This document shows positions 41,013-47,862 of a stretch of 64,000 nucleotides of DNA, in pieces. Source of the stretch: a virus; the IMG/VR virus record IMGVR_UViG_3300020202_000002, positions 24,747 to 88,746 of that record. The stretch is one strand, 5' to 3'. A model generated the notes under the pieces. That model was given only the letters and a program-made list of their open reading frames with translations. It ran no database searches and was not told where the DNA came from. The translations under genes and the position numbers were made by a program. Position 1 is the first letter of the stretch. Each line of letters opens with the position of its first letter.

Positions 41013-42065
41013 TCAGCGACCAACAAGCTCGTGAATTCTGTACGTCCGCCATCCCGTTCGGAGTGTGACGGCTTTGAATCTCCACGTCTCTCCGTCGCCC
41101 AAGTTGGTGACGTTGGTGAGCACCTCATCTACCAAAGCCCCGTTTTCGTCGTACAGCTTGAAAGTGATTTGCGCGTAGCGGACAGTCTTGCCGCGTCGGT
41201 TCACGACCAAGCCAGTGATCTCGCCAGTAAACTGGCGGGTGGTGGCCTTGACGCTCTTCTTCAGAAGCACCAATCCATCGACCTCGTATTCTTCCTCAGC
41301 CCGGCGCGCCGCCTCGGCACGCTCCCTTTCTTCTGCGATGTCCTCCGGCAGTCGTACCGGTTCGACCTGCGCCGGTGGGGCCGGCAACGCCAGCTTGGGC
41401 TCGATCGGCTGGACCGGACGATCGGGAACAGGCGGAACCTCTCTTGGCGTCACCGTTTTCCCGGCAAGCAGTGCCTTCGCGTCGGCGGCCGCTTTCGTGT
41501 CGGGATACTTGGAAATGATCGTCTGGTACTGCGTCCGGGCGATTTCGAGCACGAATTTGCTGGCCCCAGGCTTCGTTCGTGCGGATCGCAACGCCTTGGC
41601 CGCGTCGTGCTCCGCTTTCGCGTCGTCGTATTCGTCCTTCGCCTTCCTGTAGCTCTTCATCGCAGCACTGTAGGTAGTGACTTTCGCCCTGTGCTCGGTT
41701 TCCAGCCTGAACACTTCGGCGTCGTAGGCTTCCTTGTTCGCCTTGTTCGTGGCGTCGGCGTCGGCCCTTGCCTTCGCTCGGCGTTCCTCTCTCGTCGGTT
41801 CTCGCGGATCCGGGACACTTGGTGCTGGCCGTTCTTGGCGTGCGACCGGGACAGGCTTCCGTTCGGGCGTGGGCGGAGGGGTGACCTTCTTCTCCGCGAC
41901 CACCGGTTGGGGCGCCGGGGCAGGCTGATTGGGCTTCATCAAGCCAGGCATCAGCAAGCATCCGCCGCAGCCGCAACAGGCTACGACGAACATGACGCCG
42001 CCTGCCAGGATGCCGGCTGCGACCTTCACGGCTGGGGACGGACTGGTGTTGTTGAGCTTGCCCAT
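41013..42065 (-). CDS. Membrane-anchored FxLYD-domain protein
   Basis: Hydrophobic N-terminal segment with ACCGCGGC, Pro-rich linker, coiled coil, C-terminal ITG.VVN...ITFKLYDENG...NLGDGETWRF. Confidence 0.7.
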   Translation of the reverse strand: MGKLNNTSPSPAVKVAAGILAGGVMFVVACCGCGGCLLMPGLMKPNQPAPAPQPVVAEKKVTPPPTPERKPVPVARQERPAPSVPDPREPTREERRAKARADADATNKANKEAYDAEVFRLETEHRAKVTTYSAAMKSYRKAKDEYDDAKAEHDAAKALRSARTKPGASKFVLEIARTQYQTIISKYPDTKAAADAKALLAGKTVTPREVPPVPDRPVQPIEPKLALPAPPAQVEPVRLPEDIAEERERAEAARRAEEEYEVDGLVLLKKSVKATTRQFTGEITGLVVNRRGKTVRYAQITFKLYDENGALVDEVLTNVTNLGDGETWRFKAVTLRTGWRTYRIHELVGR

Positions 42066-42110
42066 GGCGCACCCGAAGAATTGGTGGCTTGTGATAGGCA
42101 AGCAGACGGA

Positions 42111-42320
42111 CTAGCTGGACCCAGGCCACGGATAGTTGTTCTCCTTCGCGTACAGACGCAACGCGCGAAGAACGATCGTGGTGATGGTTCTGTCTTCTTT
42201 CTCGGCAAGATCGTCCAGAGCTTGGCCGACTTCCTTGGGAAGACGGATGGTCTTTTTCGGGTTCAGGTGGCGATCCTTCTTCGGCTCACTCTGAGGCTGC
42301 TGCTTTGCCATAAAAGGCAT
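42111..42320 (-). CDS. Ribbon-helix-helix (CopG/Arc-like) regulator, candidate repressor
   Basis: KTIRLPKEVGQALDDLAEKEDRTITTIVLRALRLY. Confidence 0.7.
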   Translation of the reverse strand: MPFMAKQQPQSEPKKDRHLNPKKTIRLPKEVGQALDDLAEKEDRTITTIVLRALRLYAKENNYPWPGSS

Positions 42321-42380
42321 TATCGTGTCCCGTTTTCGTAACGCAACGCCAATTGCCGAGTTGCGACGGCCACAAGGCAT

Positions 42381-42409
42381 ATCGTAGGCACGTGTGACAT
42401 ATTTGTCAA
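42381..42409 (-). promoter_or_regulatory. Leftward sigma70-type promoter
   Basis: Minus strand TTGACA-17 nt-TACGAT. Confidence 0.7.
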
Positions 42410-42426
42410 ATTTTTAGCGATTTGTG

Positions 42427-42455
42427 TTGACTTGTGGACGGCCACACGTTAATAT
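42427..42455 (+). promoter_or_regulatory. Rightward (early) sigma70-type promoter with operator
   Basis: TTGACT-17 nt-TAATAT; inverted repeat TGTGG-ACGG-CCACA in the spacer; related copy GACGGCCACA at 42365-42374. Confidence 0.75.
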
Positions 42456-42533
42456 CAGTACATCAACGCCCAATTGCAGCCCCGAGTCCTCAGGCGGTCT
42501 GAGGGCCGGGGCATTCGAAAACGAGACACCGCC

Positions 42534-42860
42534 ATGTCCGCCATCCCTCAAGAAGTCCTGATCGACGCCGAAGGGGAATACCCCGACGAACTGGAGCCAG
42601 TCATCGAGGCCCTGTGGAAGGCCGCGAACGATCAGGTCGACATGGAAAGTCGCGAATTCGAGGGATACGAGGGCACGACTGACGCCGCGTGGGTCATCGT
42701 TCAGAACGAAGTCACCCTGAACGTGACCGCCTTCCCGGCGCTGCCGCAAAAGGTGTACGTCCATGTCGGTCGTCCCGGAGTGTACCTGACGCTGGCCAAA
42801 ATCGTCAGCCACGGCGCGAAGCGGATCGCAACCTACTCGGCGAGCATGTGGAGAGACTGA
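42534..42860 (+). CDS. Hypothetical early protein
   Basis: First ORF after the rightward promoter; TGATG-coupled to the next gene. Confidence 0.6.
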   Translation: MSAIPQEVLIDAEGEYPDELEPVIEALWKAANDQVDMESREFEGYEGTTDAAWVIVQNEVTLNVTAFPALPQKVYVHVGRPGVYLTLAKIVSHGAKRIATYSASMWRD

Positions 42861-43249
42861 TGCTTCCCATTCATTCACCGGCCTGGCACGAAGACATGCA
42901 GGCGAAACTTGACCTTGCTGGCGAGATGCACCGCATCGGCATGATCGCGAACGACCGCGAACGCGACATGTTCTTTGCGGCGCCGTGGCGATGGACGCCG
43001 GAATGGGAACGCTTTCGCCGCGGGCTGCCGCTGGATGGCAGCAAGGACAAGGACAACGAATTGCCAGCTTACATGACCCCGGTCGAAGCGTCTGCGTACT
43101 TGCGGATCCCAAAGGGGTCTCTCGACAACATGCGTTACGTTGGCGACGGTCCGGCGTACGTGAAGATCGGCAAGTCGGTGTACTACCGCAAGACCGATTG
43201 CGATGCGTTCATGGCAGACAACCTCGTGAACCTCGTGAACGTGGGATGA
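42860..43249 (+). CDS. Excisionase/AlpA-like HTH protein
   Basis: MTPVEASAYLRIPKGSLDNMRYVGDGPAYVKIGKSVYYRKTDCDAFM. Confidence 0.75.
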   Translation: MLPIHSPAWHEDMQAKLDLAGEMHRIGMIANDRERDMFFAAPWRWTPEWERFRRGLPLDGSKDKDNELPAYMTPVEASAYLRIPKGSLDNMRYVGDGPAYVKIGKSVYYRKTDCDAFMADNLVNLVNVG

Positions 43250-43789
43250 GGATTCCATGCGTTGCTCCATCTGCTCGAACGCAGCGTCCGTCGAATGCGT
43301 CGACTGCCACCGGCTGGCGTGTCGAGAGTGCCGGTCTGTGTGGGACGTGTGCGATCGGTGCTCGTCGCGGCGGCAGAAGATCGACGATTCGCGTCGGGAA
43401 CGGGAAGCGAAACGGAAACCTGTTTTGAAGGAAAGCGGAGTGAACCCATGCGTCTTGACTTATCCAACGGCCTGGTCCAGATGATCGCCGAGAACCCGGC
43501 TGACGGTCTGTCGCTAGGCTGCCTCGCGAACATGCTGCGGCTGCAGCCAGACGTGACGAGCCGCGATGTTCGTTTGGTTCTAGCGACGGTGCCAGCAGCG
43601 AACGGATCGCTGACGTGGCGGAAGGAGCGCCCCAACGCTCCTGGTTTCTGGATGGCTCGATACCCATCAGGCACGATGGACGGATGGGACTATCCGCGAG
43701 AGAGGATCCCTGAGTATGCCGACGTTCTCTGGGCCGGGCCGGTCGTAGTCGAAGACGAAATCAAGATCACGGTTCCAAAGGAGTAAGCC

Positions 43790-44128
43790 ATGGTCGCTCA
43801 AGGTCGCTCTGTTCGTATCTGCCATTGCTGCGGCAGTCCTGTTCAGGACGCCTTGTCGCACGAAGCCGCGGTCGTGCTGGGAGAACTGCGTGGGCTGATG
43901 TCGGAGATTCGCCAGCAGATCGAGCCGCAACCCGAGGCGACGACCATCATCGATAACGTTCGCAAGCTGTCGGCACGACTTCGCGCCGCTGCTGATTCGA
44001 TGGCGGTCAGCCGTGACATCATGTCCGACAACCCGGACGATCTGATTTCCGACTGGATCGCATCGAATCGGTCGCTGGCCGAGCAGTTGTTGGCGGTAAC
44101 GGTCGAGACGAAGACGTTGGTGTTTTGA
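43790..44128 (+). CDS. Hypothetical protein
   Basis: AAGGAG RBS, CxCC N-terminus, helical. Confidence 0.55.
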   Translation: MVAQGRSVRICHCCGSPVQDALSHEAAVVLGELRGLMSEIRQQIEPQPEATTIIDNVRKLSARLRAAADSMAVSRDIMSDNPDDLISDWIASNRSLAEQLLAVTVETKTLVF

Positions 44129-44142
44129 AACCCGGTGCACGG

Positions 44143-44199
44143 CCTGCCCCCGATCGGCAGGAGTCCGAGGCTCGGATGCGACGGGGGCAGGTTCTTTTT
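44143..44199 (+). terminator. Possible intrinsic terminator / structured element
   Basis: CCTGCCCCC (44143-44151) pairs with GGGGGCAGG (44183-44191), followed by TTCTTTTT; large loop with an inner hairpin. Confidence 0.5.
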
Positions 44200-44635
44200 C
44201 ACGAGAGCAACAGGATGGCCGGTAGCGGTATTAGCGGGCGAGTCTCGCGCCCATTCAGTGGCGAGTTAGTCTCGCTGGATGGCGTGGCAACAGACTGCGG
44301 TAACGACGTAAATAAGCACACCGGACCGGCAGGTTCGGGTGTCCCTCGTCGTCCAGTCGCCACGCACGAAGGCGATGCACTCTCGCTTAAGGCCACGCCC
44401 TCAGGGGCAAAACACGCGGGAGATGTGTCGATGGCCTCCCGCAACCATCACCGACCGCGCCGGCCATCCTATTGCTCTCGACGGAAGCGTGGTGCGAGGA
44501 AGTTTTCTCTTCCATGCCTTTACTGTGACAAGCCAGTGTCCATGAATGCTGGCCGTTTCATCGAGTTGTTCGACGCCGACAAGCGTCCGGTATGCAGAAG
44601 GTGCCTACCTTACAGTTTCTATTTGGAGGCTTTTC

Positions 44636-45178
44636 ATGACAGCAACAGCAGCAAAAGTGGCGAAGTTGAAAGACCTGGCTGGTAAGGCCGGCCAGTCGAT
44701 CTACGAGAGACTCGGCATCGTGCAGGAAGTTCTCGCCGACAAGGAATACGTCGCGGCCCACTACGGAGACGAGTCCAAGGCATTGGAAACTCTCGAAGCC
44801 GATGTGTTCGGCGACTTGTGCGGCTCGCGGTCCCTGACGGAACTTCTGGAAGTTCGCAAAGCGTTTCCCAGCGCCGAGCAGTGGAAGCAGCACAAGTGGA
44901 ACCTTTCGCGGCTACTGGCCGAGTGGGACGAACGCCGTCTTGCTGCTCGCGACGAGAGCGAGAAGCCGGAACGAAAGTCGCCCGTATCTCGCAAGGAACA
45001 CGAGACGGTCTTGCAGAAGCTTGCCGAGACGGAGCACGTCGCCGAGCGAAACGCCAAGACGGTCGACGAGCTGCGCGAGAAGCTTCGTCAGGTCGAGCAC
45101 GAGAACATCGCATTGCGGGCCAAGGTGGAGGAACTTGAGAGGCTGCTACAGGGCAGTTTGTCGCGAGCGGCAAGGTGA
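44636..45178 (+). CDS. Hypothetical protein with C-terminal coiled coil, directly upstream of the tracrRNA/CRISPR locus
   Basis: GGAGG RBS; 180 aa; heptad pattern ELREKLRQVEHENIALRAKVEELERLL. Confidence 0.75.
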   Translation: MTATAAKVAKLKDLAGKAGQSIYERLGIVQEVLADKEYVAAHYGDESKALETLEADVFGDLCGSRSLTELLEVRKAFPSAEQWKQHKWNLSRLLAEWDERRLAARDESEKPERKSPVSRKEHETVLQKLAETEHVAERNAKTVDELREKLRQVEHENIALRAKVEELERLLQGSLSRAAR

Positions 45179-45179
45179 T

Positions 45180-45339
45180 GGACCAAACCCAGGTAGTCGC
45201 TCGCGTTTCGCAAGAGACGTGAGCGACTACGATTGTGACTCGCACTGGTCTCACAGCTATCGGAAACGGTGATGAAAACGCTGGGCTCTCGCGACGTGAC
45301 GACAAAACGTGGATGGCAATGCGGTGGCGACAGGTGGCC
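45180..45339 (+). ncRNA. Predicted tracrRNA / scaffold RNA
   Basis: 17-bp stem with GCAA tetraloop and two G-U pairs (45193-45230); anti-repeat GTCTCACAGCTATC (45248-45261) complementary to the repeat 3' end GATGGTGAGAC with a 3-nt bulge; GAAA-loop hairpin next to it. Ends are approximate. Confidence 0.65.
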
Positions 45340-45666
45340 GTAGCAGAAGGTTGAGATCAGCAGGTGATGGTGAGACGCTAAGGCGATTCTGACGACCTCG
45401 CAATTCCTTGAGTAGCAGAAGGTTGAAAGCAGAAGGTGATGGTGAGACTAGGACAAGCACGCAAACCTACAGGGAAGGCAACGGTGCAGAAGGTTGGGAT
45501 CAAAAGGTGATGGTGAGACGGTCATGAACAAGGCTCTCGAAGCGACAGGCGCGTTGGGTGCAGAAGGTTTGATCGAAGTGGTGATGGCGAGGCTCGGGCC
45601 GACAGTTTGCAGGACAGTCAGGCGGTTGGTATCGCAGAAGGCTTAGTGAAAAGGTGAGAGCATGGG
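45340..45666 (+). CRISPR. CRISPR array part 1: 5 repeats (last degenerate), 4 spacers
   Basis: 37-bp repeats at 45340, 45412, 45483, 45557 and a degenerate copy at 45631; consensus GGTGCAGAAGG-N11-AGGTGATGGTGAGAC; unique spacers of 35, 34, 37 and 37 bp. Confidence 0.9.
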
Positions 45667-47047
45667 ACAACCTGAAACGACAAAGTGTGTCCTGAAGCTG
45701 CGCCTTGGTGCCAGCCTGACTGGTCCGACCAAGCGGATGGCACGCGACCTACACCAAGCGTCCCTTCTGTACAACCAGTGCCGAAATGCTATCGTGCGGG
45801 CCTGGGAACGCAGTGCGGAAGACAACCCAAGCGAAACGTTCGCGATGTTCGTATGCCGTTGTGGTGCTGCCGAAAGGCGAGCCTCTCGCAAGGCCGCTGG
45901 AGAATCCAAGGTCCGCGAGCACTGTACTTGCGAAGACAACCCGTGTGAGGTGGCCAGACAAGCGTGCCCATTGCTGGCTGCCAAGATCACCACGTCTTGC
46001 GCCACGCAGGAAGTGTCGGCCAAACTGCGGTCCAAGCTCCCCTGGAACCGACCGAACAAGGCACACCGTTACATATGGCAGGGCATACTCGCCAACCAGG
46101 TTGCGCGGCCATGCTATCGCGGCTCGGAACTGCCGGTGCCTTGCCAGGACGCCAAGCTTTCGCTCACGGATAGCGGATACACGCTCAGTTTCCCGGTGTG
46201 GTCCTTGGCATCCGGTCGGCAGCACCGTAATTTCCTGTGCCGCATCCCGACGAAGCGGCTCACTCGCGGCTACAAAAGAATCCTTTTCAACATCGTCAAG
46301 GGCGAGTGGAATCTGTGCGATTCTCGCTTGCAGTTCCACGAACCCAGATCGCGGCAAAAGAAGGGTTTCTGGGCCATCCACCTTGTCTACGATCGCAAGC
46401 AGGATCCGATCGCCGGATTGGACAGCAAGCAGGTCGCCAGGCTTACTCTCCAGCCCAAGGACGCCAAGAAGCCTTTCGATGTCAGCACGGATGGTGTTTT
46501 CAAGCCATGGCTGCTGGGTGACGTGGATGTGTATCTCGGCTTCCTGTCTCGTTTGGAGACTCGCCGATTGGAGATGCGCCTACGTCACAAGGAGAAGGGG
46601 TCGGGGCGGCGTGGCCATGGGCGAGGTCGAACCGAAAAGGCGATTCGTCCGGCGACTCGCAAGGCGCGCAACATCGCTCGTCTGTTCCAGTGGCGCATCG
46701 TCGCGCAACTCGTGCGGTTCTGCGAGCGGTACGGATGTGGCGTCGTTGAGTTTAGCGAGCCGAAACAAGGGCAGAAGAATGCCAGCTGGTTTGCAGTGCC
46801 TGGTCGGCCGTGGACATGGGCGGACTTTATGAGCCGGCTGAAGCACAAGCTGTGGGTGAACGGCATCGATCTACGCGAGAGCGAAGGTGGTGAACAGAAA
46901 CAGGCACGTCGCTCGCGTGGCCCAAAGGTTAATGGTGGCACTGGTAACGGCAAGATGCCACACAATGGAGGCGAAGTGGCGAACGGAAAGAATGGGGTCG
47001 CTCGCAAGACGGGGCGAAAAGCTGGACGGGGACGCGACGAAAAGTAA
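45662..47047 (+). CDS. cas12f: Nuclease-dead Cas12f-like (type V-F / TnpB superfamily) protein
   Basis: Collinear with AsCas12f1 as recalled: GILANQVARPCYRG, KRILFNIVKGEW, WAIHLVYD, LETRRLEM...GSGRRGHGRGR, YGCGVVEFSEP, WTWADFMSRL...GI. RuvC-I Asp is Thr262, RuvC-II Glu is Ser365, zinc ribbon and RuvC-III are absent. Confidence 0.85.
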   Translation: MGQPETTKCVLKLRLGASLTGPTKRMARDLHQASLLYNQCRNAIVRAWERSAEDNPSETFAMFVCRCGAAERRASRKAAGESKVREHCTCEDNPCEVARQACPLLAAKITTSCATQEVSAKLRSKLPWNRPNKAHRYIWQGILANQVARPCYRGSELPVPCQDAKLSLTDSGYTLSFPVWSLASGRQHRNFLCRIPTKRLTRGYKRILFNIVKGEWNLCDSRLQFHEPRSRQKKGFWAIHLVYDRKQDPIAGLDSKQVARLTLQPKDAKKPFDVSTDGVFKPWLLGDVDVYLGFLSRLETRRLEMRLRHKEKGSGRRGHGRGRTEKAIRPATRKARNIARLFQWRIVAQLVRFCERYGCGVVEFSEPKQGQKNASWFAVPGRPWTWADFMSRLKHKLWVNGIDLRESEGGEQKQARRSRGPKVNGGTGNGKMPHNGGEVANGKNGVARKTGRKAGRGRDEK

Positions 47048-47052
47048 TGGCA

Positions 47053-47238
47053 GGTGCAGAAGGTTGGAAGCAGAAGGTGATGGTGAGACGAACACGTCGA
47101 ACACGGTCACGTACTTCTCCGAGGATGGTGCAGAAGGTGTCGAGTCAAAGGTGATGGTGAGACGGCCTGATTGCGCAGCCAAGTAAATGAACGCAGAGGC
47201 GGGTTCAGAAGGTTTCGAGTCAAAGGTGATGGTGAGAC
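47053..47238 (+). CRISPR. CRISPR array part 2: 3 repeats, 2 spacers
   Basis: 37-bp repeats at 47053, 47127 and 47202, same family and orientation as part 1; spacers of 37 and 38 bp. Confidence 0.9.
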
Positions 47239-47351
47239 GTGTATGAGCAACGACAAACGAACCTGGCTATCCACGTTGGCCAGAGTGGCCAGCGCCTTGC
47301 GATGGATAGCGAAACTGTTCGTGTGGTGAAGCCGGAAATGGAGGTCCCAAC

Positions 47352-47558
47352 ATGCTGGTTCTGGCGCGTCGAATCGAGGAAGAGTTGATCATCAACAACA
47401 ACATCACTGTGAAGGTGATCGAGTTGGGCCGAGGCCAGGTCAAGCTGGGCATAACCTGCGACCGCAACATTCCGGTTTATCGCAGGGAACTGGTCAAGAC
47501 GCAGGACCAGGTGAAGACGCTCTGGGGAACGGTTCCCGTTGGAGACGCCGATGCCTGA
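47352..47558 (+). CDS. csrA: CsrA/RsmA-family RNA-binding regulator
   Basis: MLVLARRIEEELIINNNITVKVIELGRGQVKLGITCDRNIPVYRREL; GGAGG RBS. Confidence 0.85.
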   Translation: MLVLARRIEEELIINNNITVKVIELGRGQVKLGITCDRNIPVYRRELVKTQDQVKTLWGTVPVGDADA

Positions 47559-47862
47559 CCTAAGCCGCCTAACTGAACGTCAGAAGGCCATCTACGAGTT
47601 CGTGCGCGGCATCATCATCAAGCGCGGCTACGGACCAACGGTGCGCGAAATCGGCGATGCGTTCGACATCAGCTCGCCAAACGGAGTCAGCGTTCATCTT
47701 CGATCGCTCCAGAAGAAGGGTTTGATTCATCGCAACAAGGGCGAGGCCCGCGCCATAACGATCGTCGGCATGGAACTGAGCGCCGCGCCGCCGTGCCGGT
47801 GCCCCAGGTGCGGCCACGTTATCGGAGAGCCGGTGGAGATGGCGGAGGTGTCCGGTGTCTGA
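47551..47862 (+). CDS. LexA-like DNA-binding domain with C-terminal CxCxxC, no peptidase domain
   Basis: LTERQKAIYEF...GYGPTVREIG..F.ISSPNGV..HL.SLQKKGLI.R....RAI; about 103 aa. Confidence 0.8.
   Translation: MPDLSRLTERQKAIYEFVRGIIIKRGYGPTVREIGDAFDISSPNGVSVHLRSLQKKGLIHRNKGEARAITIVGMELSAAPPCRCPRCGHVIGEPVEMAEVSGV

Noticed and set aside
40962-42341. Long opposite-strand ORFs (40962..42341 +, also 517..2073 - and 49621..51279 -)
   Set aside because: Shadow frames of real GC-rich genes on the other strand, with no recognisable motifs.
45662-47047. Reading the ORF as an IS200/IS605 TnpB or as an active Cas12f nuclease
   Set aside because: No TnpA or IS ends seen, it is bracketed by spaced repeats, and all three RuvC catalytic positions are substituted or missing.
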